From Opitutales bacterium (GTDB taxonomy: Bacteria > Verrucomicrobiota > Verrucomicrobiia > Opitutales > JABSRG01): 64,000 bases of DNA. This document shows positions 30,656 through 38,955 of this stretch, piece by piece (position 1 is the first letter of the stretch; each line of letters opens with the position of its first letter). The notes beneath the pieces are model-generated. The model saw nothing but the letters and a program-made list of their open reading frames with translations, was not told the origin of the DNA and ran no database searches. A program made the position numbers and the translations under genes. The stretch is taken from assembly GCA_028280845.1 (NCBI GenBank), contig JANQKZ010000041.1, positions 8,549-72,548 of the forward strand, read 5' to 3'.

Positions 30656-31684
30656 TTACACGGTGCCGACCACTGGCCAGTGAAACCAGATCACCAATCG
30701 ATCCCCCTGCAATTGAGAACCGATGTATCCCTGGTCTTCCGCCACGAGTAAATCCGGCAACCCATAAGCATGGGCAACGGCCTCTCCGACAAAGCTTAGA
30801 TCCGCTTCCGTAAACGGGGCCCCTTCCGGCTCATATTCATGTTCGAACAGGCTCAACCCGCTTTCGCGGAATCCACGGACCTTGGATTGGTCATCCCGCG
30901 ACAGGTTCATGGCAAACACCCAGCGAAGGGACTGTCCGTCATCCAGCTTGGCCACGGTAACCCCCAATTGACCATCCACGGCATGTTCAACCGCAAAATT
31001 GGTCAGCTGGTAGAAGACCCGGTCGATCTCTGCAAACTCGATACAGCGTTCAGCCACAACTCCATCGTAAAGATTATTGAAATTGACATGTACGGCATCC
31101 CCAAAGGCACGGTAGGTGGATGACTCCCATTTTTCCAGGAGGAGATCCATCGAATGGTGAATCACGGCCTCATCCCTTGCCCTCCGTTCCACATCAATAT
31201 CCTGAACGAAACTTCGAATGGACTTCAGGTGATCGCGGATCAGGTAAAACAGATTCTGGACATATTCGGGCTCAAGCCCTCCGGATCTGATCAACATCAT
31301 ATAATACGCAATCGAGGTGAAAGCCCCCGAGGATAACCGCCGCAAGATGCGCACCTTCTGCCCATCCCGTTCGTCCTCAGCCTCCCGAATCAGATCCTGG
31401 AGTTGTTCCGATAAGTGGAGCACCTGATTCTGCCGGACAAAATGGACCAACTTCCAGGTGCGCTCCCCTCGCTCTTCCTCGCTTAAGTCAGACCACCCGT
31501 TGAGGAGACTGAACAACTCCAGGTGCAATTCGTAATGGCTCGTCAACACCGCCTGCTCATCATCGCTAAAGTCCGAAACCGAGACGGTGAACGAACCGCC
31601 ACGGTATCGTTCATCACGAAAATTGTTGAGGGTGGAGGGAGCCAGATTGCTTACTTCTGAAGGGTCAAGCAGGAGGGGAGACAT
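30656..31684 (-). CDS. hypothetical cytoplasmic protein, possible degenerate GHKL/HATPase-like C-terminus
   Basis: 342-aa ORF with no signal peptide. The C-terminal third loosely follows histidine-kinase ATPase spacing (FYQLTNFAVEHA .. LRWVFAMNLS .. FVGEAVAHAYGL .. RLVIWFHWPV) but lacks the DxGxG box. It lies 56 nt downstream of the transglutaminase gene on the same strand. Confidence 0.3.
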   Translation of the reverse strand: MSPLLLDPSEVSNLAPSTLNNFRDERYRGGSFTVSVSDFSDDEQAVLTSHYELHLELFSLLNGWSDLSEEERGERTWKLVHFVRQNQVLHLSEQLQDLIREAEDERDGQKVRILRRLSSGAFTSIAYYMMLIRSGGLEPEYVQNLFYLIRDHLKSIRSFVQDIDVERRARDEAVIHHSMDLLLEKWESSTYRAFGDAVHVNFNNLYDGVVAERCIEFAEIDRVFYQLTNFAVEHAVDGQLGVTVAKLDDGQSLRWVFAMNLSRDDQSKVRGFRESGLSLFEHEYEPEGAPFTEADLSFVGEAVAHAYGLPDLLVAEDQGYIGSQLQGDRLVIWFHWPVVGTV

Positions 31685-31740
31685 GGGTGTATTATAGGAT
31701 AACCTTATTTTGGACGAAGAGGATATTTAGCGTTCTTCTC

Positions 31741-32616
31741 CTAAGTGGAGATCTCTACAGAATCAAGTTCCAGTTTTCGTTCCACGTGGACGACCACATC
31801 CATGGTCCGATTCGGGCTCCCCCGGTATGTGCCCTGAATTGGCCTGACATCATTGTAGTCCCTTCCGATACCGACTTTTACATACCGCTCGTCCACCAGC
31901 CGATTGTGGGTCGGATCCAGGCCCACCCAGCCAAAGCCGGGAACAAAAGTTTCCACCCAGGCATGCGACGCCCCCGCCGCCTCATTGTGTTCCGATTCCG
32001 GGGCCCAGAAATAGCCACTCACATAGCGGGCCGGGATATGAATCGCTCGCAGCAGCCCGATCATGATGTGGGCGTAGTCCTGACAGACCCCACGACGCAG
32101 GGCAAAAGCCTGCACCATGGGGGTGAACACCGTGGTCGCGTCCTTATCATACTTGAGCTCCTGGTAAACCCACTCCATGACGCCGAGCACACAGTCCCAC
32201 AAATCATCTCGGGTTTCTGATACATCAATCGCAACCCGCCATACCTCCGGCGAAACATCGATCGATGCGCTGTTGACCAGAAACTCATAATAATCGTCGT
32301 AGGCGGCCTCCTCTGGCAAACGTTTCCAGGAGAGCCCCACGGGGCCCTCCGGCAATGGATCAATTTTGAAAGTGCGGACCTCCGAAATCGCCCGAATCGA
32401 CAATTCCCGGTGCTCGTGGCTCACTTCAAATACGTTTACCGCGTTCTGGTAGAAATCACGGTATTCCGAATAAGCGACCCAGGGATCAATATAGAGTTGA
32501 AAGGAATCGCAGATCTGCCGCACATCCCCCACTGGCCGCATGCGGACTTCATTCACGCTATCAATGGCGTCCGTCTCGTAGGAATAATGAGTGGTATGGG
32601 TGACTCGAAGCTTCAT
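31741..32616 (-). CDS. transglutaminase-family protein (Bact_transglu_N + transglutaminase core)
   Basis: N-terminal HTT.Y.Y pattern. Cys-His-Asp core context (GVCQDYAHIMIGLLRAIHIPARYVSGY ... HAWVE ... DPTH). Confidence 0.85.
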   Translation of the reverse strand: MKLRVTHTTHYSYETDAIDSVNEVRMRPVGDVRQICDSFQLYIDPWVAYSEYRDFYQNAVNVFEVSHEHRELSIRAISEVRTFKIDPLPEGPVGLSWKRLPEEAAYDDYYEFLVNSASIDVSPEVWRVAIDVSETRDDLWDCVLGVMEWVYQELKYDKDATTVFTPMVQAFALRRGVCQDYAHIMIGLLRAIHIPARYVSGYFWAPESEHNEAAGASHAWVETFVPGFGWVGLDPTHNRLVDERYVKVGIGRDYNDVRPIQGTYRGSPNRTMDVVVHVERKLELDSVEIST

Positions 32617-32840
32617 CGGTCCGGCTTGGCACGTTGTCGGAATTGAAGACGCAAATGAATATGAAACATGGGCTCCCCCGATACACGGGGAACGTCATCC
32701 CCTACTAAGGGATACATCAGGCAGGACCGGACTGCCGGAGCAGCCAGTATTGGGTCGATTGAGCGTATCGATTTCAGAATGCATTTAGATGAACGGTTCC
32801 TTACAGCTTCCGCAACATGGAAGCTCCCGATTTATTGCTG

Positions 32841-33836
32841 CTATTGTTGTTGCTGGATTTCGGAGTTAAGGTCAATCGTCGGCAAAAACATGTATTCCTG
32901 AAAGATAGACGTTGAAATGGCATCCAGCCTCACGGTCGCCTCTACCAGGAATTCATGGAGCCCCTGGTTAATGATGTCATCAATTGTGCTATAGGACAGG
33001 TCGGACAACATCTTACCGCTCACCTTCTCCGCCTCGTTGGAGTACTGTCCTTCATGGGTCCCCGTCAGCCGGCGCAGATAGTGGTCGAGGGACTGCAGGC
33101 AATAGCGCAGGGACCGGGGGAAGGTCTCCTTCAGCAGCAGGAGTTCGGCGACCTTCGGTGAGTTGACTTCTGCCAGGTAAAGCCGGTGATAGGCTTCCAA
33201 CGCATTGCACGCTTTTAAAATGGATACCCATTGTGCGGTGTCGACCGCGCCCCCTACGTCGATCGGTCCCTGCGGCAGGAGCACGTGATACTTCAGGTCC
33301 AGGGTTCGGACGGTACCCAGCGCACGCTCCAGAAAACGTCCAAGTTGCATAAACTGGTAGCCATCTTCCTGGGGAAAGGTGGCATCCATCAGCCCCTGGA
33401 ATTGGACTGACGCATCCTGTATGTAGCTCAGCAGCTCGCTCAGCTCCTCATCCTCGTTGTCCTTTTTACTCAAGCCCTTCAACTCGTGGTAGGCCAGGTT
33501 GATGACCTCCCACAAGCCTGACGAAAGCTGGTCGCGCACCATATGGGCATTGGCCCGGCCGTTGGCGATACAACTGAAAATCGAGTGCTGGTTCCCGCGA
33601 TTGAAAGTGAGGTAATGCAGGACGTCCTCCGTCTTCGGGTCAGGATAGTGCGCTTCAAATTCATCGATCTCCCCGGAAACCCGCAGCAGGGGCTCCCATT
33701 GGCGCAAGTCACTTTCCATCCGGGTTTCGGTGTCGAGGGAACTTTGAAAATACTCACGCAGCAGGCGCGCGTTGTTGTCTGCCCGCTCAATATAGCGGCT
33801 TAACCAGAAGAGGGAGTCGGCAACTCTCGATAACAT
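32841..33836 (-). CDS. alpha-E domain protein (DUF403)
   Basis: Canonical N-terminus MLSRVADSLFWLSRYIERADNNARLL. All-helical 331-aa protein located between the ATP-grasp and transglutaminase genes. Confidence 0.85.
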   Translation of the reverse strand: MLSRVADSLFWLSRYIERADNNARLLREYFQSSLDTETRMESDLRQWEPLLRVSGEIDEFEAHYPDPKTEDVLHYLTFNRGNQHSIFSCIANGRANAHMVRDQLSSGLWEVINLAYHELKGLSKKDNEDEELSELLSYIQDASVQFQGLMDATFPQEDGYQFMQLGRFLERALGTVRTLDLKYHVLLPQGPIDVGGAVDTAQWVSILKACNALEAYHRLYLAEVNSPKVAELLLLKETFPRSLRYCLQSLDHYLRRLTGTHEGQYSNEAEKVSGKMLSDLSYSTIDDIINQGLHEFLVEATVRLDAISTSIFQEYMFLPTIDLNSEIQQQQ

Positions 33837-33846
33837 AAGGCGTGTT

Positions 33847-35280
33847 TTATTTTTTAAGAACCCATGTGTCCTTCACCCCGCCCCCCTGGGATGAATTCAC
33901 CACAATCGACCCCTTGCGCATAGCCACGCGGGTCAACCCACCGGGAACAATAGTGATGGACTCCCCGCTCAAGACATAGGGGCGCAGGTCGATATGTCGT
34001 CCTTCAAAAGCATCTTCCGCATAGGACGGGTGCCGGGACAGCGATATCATCGGCTGGGCGATGAAATTTCTCGGGTTAGCTTTGATCTTCTCCCGGTAAT
34101 TTTCAATTTCCTCGGCGCTGGCTTTTGGCCCGACCAGCATCCCGTAGCCGCCGGCCTCGTTGGCGGCCTTCACCACCAGGGATGGCAGATTGTCCATAAT
34201 GTATTGGTAGTCGTCCGACACCGAAGCCAAATAGGTGTCAACATTTCGGATCACAGGGTCCTGGTCGAGGTAATACCGGATCATGGCCGGCACATAATAA
34301 TAAACCACCTTGTCGTCGGCCACCCCCGTGCCAATGCTGTTCGCCAGGCTGACGTTGCCCGCGCGGTAGGCATTCACGAGACCCGGCACCCCCAGCACGG
34401 AATCCTTCCGGAAGACACTCGGATCAATAAAGTCGTCATCGATTCGCCGGTAGAGCACGTCCACCTTCTGGAGCCCCTGGGTGGTCCGCATGAAGACCTT
34501 GAAATCTCTCACCACCAGATCACGACCCTCCACGATTTCCACCCCCATGCTCCTGGCCAGGAAACAATGCTCAAAATAAGCACTGTTGTAGGAGCCCGGA
34601 GTCAGCACGGCCACGGTGGGTTGATCCATGCCATGCGGGGCCACATACTTGAGCATCTTCAACAACTCCTGGGGATAGGTGTCAACCGACCGCACATTGG
34701 CATTCTGTATCAGGCGGGGAAACGCCCGTTTCATCGCCAGGCGGTTCTCAATCATGTAGGATACCCCCGATGGGCAACGCCCATTATCCTCCAGGACAAA
34801 ATACTCTCCCCGGTCATCGCGGATCAGGTCCACCCCGCAAATATGCATGTAGATGTTCCGAGGCACATCAAAGTTCATAAACTCCCGCCGAAAGTGCTTC
34901 GCCGAAAAGACCACCGAGGCCGGGATCACCTTGTCCCGGATAATGTTCTGCTCATGATAGATGTCGTGCAGGAATAAATTCAGCGCCTGTATCCGTTGCT
35001 CCAAGCCCCGGCAGAGGTGAGCCCACTCATCCGCCGGAATGATTCGGGGCATCAGGTCGAAGGGCATGATGCGTTCCGTCCCTTCCTCATCGTCATAGAC
35101 CGTGAAAGTGATGCCCTTGCTCAGAAACAGACTGTCCAGCGCCTTTCGCTTGGTCTCAAACTCCTGCTTACCCAAGGCCAGGAAACGGTCCAGTACCAGC
35201 TGGTAATGCGGCCTCACCAACCCGTCACTTTGGAACATTTCATCGAAAAACCCATCGGTCTTATAGGAATTGGTAAACAT
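33847..35280 (-). CDS. circularly permuted type-2 ATP-grasp protein (DUF404/DUF407)
   Basis: 477-aa ORF with the family patterns I recall ([45 protein letters not shown]...E.GGYGM). It is the first gene of the conserved trio. Confidence 0.85.
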   Translation of the reverse strand: MFTNSYKTDGFFDEMFQSDGLVRPHYQLVLDRFLALGKQEFETKRKALDSLFLSKGITFTVYDDEEGTERIMPFDLMPRIIPADEWAHLCRGLEQRIQALNLFLHDIYHEQNIIRDKVIPASVVFSAKHFRREFMNFDVPRNIYMHICGVDLIRDDRGEYFVLEDNGRCPSGVSYMIENRLAMKRAFPRLIQNANVRSVDTYPQELLKMLKYVAPHGMDQPTVAVLTPGSYNSAYFEHCFLARSMGVEIVEGRDLVVRDFKVFMRTTQGLQKVDVLYRRIDDDFIDPSVFRKDSVLGVPGLVNAYRAGNVSLANSIGTGVADDKVVYYYVPAMIRYYLDQDPVIRNVDTYLASVSDDYQYIMDNLPSLVVKAANEAGGYGMLVGPKASAEEIENYREKIKANPRNFIAQPMISLSRHPSYAEDAFEGRHIDLRPYVLSGESITIVPGGLTRVAMRKGSIVVNSSQGGGVKDTWVLKK

Positions 35281-35398
35281 TGCTGTGTATACACAAGCAT
35301 TTCATGTGCCGTTTACTTTCGCAATCGTAACCGGAACCCCAGAGATTGCCTTGTCAAAAAGACTGCAAACGATTCAACTGGCATTTTGAGGAAAAACC

Positions 35399-37123
35399 GT
35401 GAAGCCCATCGCCCTACTACTCTCCGCTTTTACTTTTTCCAGCATGTTGCCTGCCCAGAGCCTGCAGGAAATCGCCGACTCCCGGGAGCTCCAGCAGATC
35501 CTTAACCAGCAGGCCCCCACCAATGTCCTCAAGGCCCTGGAGTTGTTTGAAAACGATCAGGACAATGGGGTGGCCCTCGAAGTGACCCGGGACACCCTCA
35601 ATCTGGCCCAGCTTTATGTGGTCCTCGATCTGTTCAAATCGGCTCAGGAAGAGAACTATCTCCTCAGGCAGGAGAACATTGACCGCCTCGTCCTCGGCTC
35701 CATGTTTGCCACCTCCCAGAGCGACAGCACCTATCAGCGAAATGGGATCAGTTTTAATAAGCTCCGCCTCGTGGTCGATGCCGGTGCCCCCGTCGCGGAT
35801 ATTCGCGAATATTTTAACAATCCCATGGGATCCATGGTTACCGGCGGCCGGGAGCCCACCTCCGACTCCGACCAGAATGGGCCCATTGAGGAGCTGGAAG
35901 GCATGTTGGTCGAGGGCATGGGAGCCTTCGGTCAGCCCCGCGGCCTCATCTACACCATTGAGCGACCCTTCGGCGCCACCATAGAGGATCGCCTCGTAGG
36001 CACCACCGGACTGGAAACGCCATTCAACCAATACAACTTCCACTACAGCATCTCTGAGGTCCAGGGGGGCGAAATCGAATTCTTCGACCCCCGGACTGGG
36101 GAATTCGCCCTCGCCACCGACCTGGGCTTTTACGGTGAAGTGAAGGTCAATTACCAGGTAAAGTTATTTAACAAGACCTCCTCCACCGGCACCTTAACAA
36201 TCAAAGTAGAGCCTCCCTTGAAAGCGGTCGTGGATAGCTATGACCTCCGGGCGGGCCGACCGGTCGACATCCTCTACGTCGTTGATAACTCGTCCGGAAC
36301 GGAAAAATTCCAATCCCAGGTGGCGGAGAGCTTCACCAACTTCATTTCCGAATTTGGAGCATTTAACCAGAAGATACGGGTGGCCGCCATCGCGACCAGC
36401 TCCACCAATGCGTGGACCGGCGAACTCCTCACCTTGCCGGGTGGCGAAAACATGTTGATCTCTTCCGATCCCGACTTCGCCGAAAAGGTCAAGACCCTCG
36501 TACAACCCGGGGCCGAGCAGGAGCGCCGCCAGTCCGCCATCCTGCCCACCAATAACTTTTTCGCCTCCGAGCAGAGGAAAGAATTTCTCCGCGATGACGC
36601 CTTTTTCTCCATCATCATCATTAGCGAAAAGGATGACGACTACCTCAAAACCGGGGACGATGAGACCATCATGGCCATCTACCGGAACACCATGCGGGTC
36701 ATCAAGGACCCCGGCGATCTTCGCGTCGACGCGGTCGTCAAATACGGTTCCAAAACCTGGCTGGGGCCCTCCAGGCAGGGAGAAGTCTATGCCCACCTGG
36801 CCCGCGAATTTGGCGGGCGAAATATCAACATCACGGAGGACTTCACCGGCGAATTGATCGAAATCGGAAAGGAGATTTCACGCCGGGCCCAACAGGCCTT
36901 TCCCCTCTCCCAGCGCCCCTACAGCACCACCGCCACCGGGATTCAGGTCTCCATCGATGAAAACCTGATTCAACGTGACCCCAACAATGGATGGACCTAC
37001 GACCCCGACAACAACCGGATCCTCCTCCACGGCGCCGCCCTGGAAGATTCCTTCGGCAAACAAGTCACCATCTTCTATTCGCAAATCGACGAAGACCAGG
37101 TCCTTGCCGCCCAACAGTCCTAG
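35399..37123 (+). CDS. secreted protein with a VWA-like domain (tentative)
   Basis: 574-aa ORF with a signal peptide (LLLSAFTFSSMLPAQS). Central Rossmann-like stretch DILYVVDNSSGT ... FFSIIIISEKDD resembles a von Willebrand A fold with an imperfect MIDAS. Divergent from the ATP-grasp operon. Confidence 0.4.
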   Translation: MKPIALLLSAFTFSSMLPAQSLQEIADSRELQQILNQQAPTNVLKALELFENDQDNGVALEVTRDTLNLAQLYVVLDLFKSAQEENYLLRQENIDRLVLGSMFATSQSDSTYQRNGISFNKLRLVVDAGAPVADIREYFNNPMGSMVTGGREPTSDSDQNGPIEELEGMLVEGMGAFGQPRGLIYTIERPFGATIEDRLVGTTGLETPFNQYNFHYSISEVQGGEIEFFDPRTGEFALATDLGFYGEVKVNYQVKLFNKTSSTGTLTIKVEPPLKAVVDSYDLRAGRPVDILYVVDNSSGTEKFQSQVAESFTNFISEFGAFNQKIRVAAIATSSTNAWTGELLTLPGGENMLISSDPDFAEKVKTLVQPGAEQERRQSAILPTNNFFASEQRKEFLRDDAFFSIIIISEKDDDYLKTGDDETIMAIYRNTMRVIKDPGDLRVDAVVKYGSKTWLGPSRQGEVYAHLAREFGGRNINITEDFTGELIEIGKEISRRAQQAFPLSQRPYSTTATGIQVSIDENLIQRDPNNGWTYDPDNNRILLHGAALEDSFGKQVTIFYSQIDEDQVLAAQQS

Positions 37124-37157
37124 GCCTTCACCCATAGGGACGCTTTTAAAGCCAGTC

Positions 37158-37183
37158 ATTGCGAGGGCAAAGCCCGAAGCAAT
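37158..37183. repeat. imperfect hairpin between convergent genes (REP-like / possible bidirectional terminator)
   Basis: ATTGC-GA-GGGC-AAA-GCCC-GAA-GCAAT. Outer 5-bp and inner 4-bp stems with a small internal loop. No flanking T-run. I recall the ATTGCGAG...CGAAGCAAT shape from dispersed palindromic elements in other genomes. Confidence 0.35.
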
Positions 37184-37202
37184 CCCCCCAACCAGCGACC
37201 TC

Positions 37203-37370
37203 CTTCCTTCAACTTTCAACCTGCAACCAATCCCCACCAACCATCAAAAACGAAATCACTGCTCAGCCAATTCATCCTCAAGCGCCTGAATCCGTTTCTC
37301 CTGCTCAATAATATATAAGGTCAGCTCCTCAATCTTCTGCAGCAGCACTGCCTGACTCTCCCCGAGCGTC
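37203..37370. repeat. left copy of the island-bracketing direct repeat
   Basis: CTTCCTTCAACTTTCAACCTGCAACCAATCCCCACCAACCATCAAAAACGAAATCACTGCTCAGCC... matches 55221..55390. About nine of ten positions match over the first ~110 bp by hand alignment, and the match is weaker afterwards. It covers the 3' flank plus the last ~38 codons of the 37256..38194 gene. Confidence 0.8.
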
Positions 37371-38194
37371 ACCCCTTCAGCTTCCACTTCTTCAGCCGAG
37401 GGCACATCCGGCAAATGCCCATTCACCTCGATAAACTCCTCCACCTCATGGAGCGGCTTCAGCTCATACCCCGCCTCAAATACAAAATCCGACCAGCCCG
37501 TCTCCACAATCACTTCCTCCGCTCGGATTACCCCCTTCACGTCGAGCTGATAATCCGGGGTCTGTGTATTGATGCCGACATACCCGGTAGAGTCCATGAT
37601 GCGCATTCGCTCCGTTCCAGACGAACCCGAACTTCCGGTTTTGAAGTAGAGGCCGGTTTGGCCGGTTATGGCAAAAAAGCCATTTGCTGTCGTTCCATTT
37701 CCCACAAACCCGTCCATATTATTTACAAATGAATTTCCCGAGCTATCCGTCCTCATGTGGAGTCCACTTCCCGATGTATTGTGAAGAAGAATATTCTGCC
37801 CCAACACATCCAGTTCCATAGTGGGGTTTGCGTGACCGACTGCCAGTTTACCACTCGCCTTCAAGACCAGAAGAGGATGGTTCAATCCAGGATTTGGTAG
37901 AATGCTAAAGTCAACAGCTCTGTCCATAGCTCGAATACTTAAAGACCCATTGGCCAAAGACGATGCCCCGCCTGGATTTGCTGAAATAATAAATTCGAAG
38001 TGATTATTTTGGTTCCCACTCGAAGTTCGCTCTAGGGAAAAAATATTATCATGGGTCCCTGTCTTTATATGCAGGAGATCCTCCGGACTCGTCGTCCCTA
38101 TCCCCACATTCCCACTACTCGGGAACGTATTCGCTCCATTCAGGGCTACCGTGACTGCCCCAATCCATAACACAAACAGAATCGTTTTTCTCAT
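37256..38194 (-). CDS. secreted fibre-like protein, family member Pa (conserved C-terminal module)
   Basis: 312 aa with a signal-like N-terminus. Three G-x-V-G-I-x-T-x-x-P-x-x-x-L-x-V motifs. C-terminal module IRAEEVIVETGWSDFVFEAGYELKPLHEVEEFIEVNGHLPDVPSAEEVEAEGVTLGESQAVLLQKIEELTLYIIEQEKRIQALEDELAEQ, shared with the 49187..54873 array. Confidence 0.8.
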   Translation of the reverse strand: MRKTILFVLWIGAVTVALNGANTFPSSGNVGIGTTSPEDLLHIKTGTHDNIFSLERTSSGNQNNHFEFIISANPGGASSLANGSLSIRAMDRAVDFSILPNPGLNHPLLVLKASGKLAVGHANPTMELDVLGQNILLHNTSGSGLHMRTDSSGNSFVNNMDGFVGNGTTANGFFAITGQTGLYFKTGSSGSSGTERMRIMDSTGYVGINTQTPDYQLDVKGVIRAEEVIVETGWSDFVFEAGYELKPLHEVEEFIEVNGHLPDVPSAEEVEAEGVTLGESQAVLLQKIEELTLYIIEQEKRIQALEDELAEQ

Positions 38195-38589
38195 GTTTAC
38201 GCTCCTCCTTCGTGAGCTCCAGGCTTGTTATTTTTTTATTTTCCAAAATGACCGAATTCACTTCGGACAGGAATATTCAGCATATAAAACGGGTAGCCAA
38301 TGAACAACCAAAATCACGACCCTAGATCTGTTTTTCCGGGGGCTCACAGCAACTGAGAAAGACCGCAGTCGACGAGGCCAGAAGGGCATCGAGAGCTGAA
38401 CCGGGACCATGCTTCGAGGCGGGCTTGGCCTTGCGGTACTAGCGGTGATTTCAACCAAAAGCCGAATCCATGCAAACCCATGCAAAAGCGGTGCTGTTGA
38501 CCAAGGCATGAACGCTTCATCGGCCTGCTTACAGACCTTAGCCGAGGACCGACCCAACAAGGGAGTTGGTCACTGAGAAGCGAAGTAAC

Positions 38590-38955
38590 CTACCTGTCTC
38601 CCAGCTTCGCCTCCAATTCCTGAATTCGCTTTTCTTGTGCAATTAAGTGTAAGGTTAGCTCTTCTATCTTTTGGAGAAGTATAGCTTGGGTTTCCCCGAC
38701 GGTCACACCATCCGCCTCCACTTCTTCGGCCGAAGGCACATCCGGCAAATGGCCATTCTCCTGAATAAAGGTTTCCTCCGCTTCCAAAGGCAACAGATCG
38801 TAATCACGATCAAAGACAAAATCGGACCACCCCGATTCAACCACAATTTCGTCGGCCCGGATAGATCCATCCACCGACAGTTTATAAGCGGGATCGGGGG
38901 CAGTCGTCCCAATGCCAACGACCCCATCATCGGTTAGGGGGGCAAAAGGGGTCAA
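38590..38955 (-). pseudogene. N-terminally truncated member of the fibre-like family (C-terminal module only)
   Basis: The 121-codon ORF begins at a TTG that lies inside the left inverted repeat of the transposase element. The product is essentially only GVVGIGTTAPDPAYKLSVDGSIRADEIVVESGWSDFVFDRDYDLLPLE...LLQKIEELTLHLIAQEKRIQELE. There is no signal peptide or body. Confidence 0.7.

Noticed and set aside
36878-37240. ORFs spanning the island-border repeat copies: 36878..37240 (-), 36975..37289 (+) and 55289..55471 (+).
   Set aside because: They run across a convergent intergenic gap, across repeats, or antisense to the gene remnant. Their products are low-complexity, and there is no support beyond the open frame.
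38480-38560. Weak resemblance to SRP (4.5S) RNA segments (GCTGTTGACCAAGGCATGA on the plus strand, AAGCAGGCCGATGAAGCGTTCATGCC on the minus strand).
   Set aside because: The region does not fold into the required long hairpin. The conserved GGAA-tetraloop / GGAAGCAGC helix-8 motif is absent, and the 5' and 3' halves are not complementary.
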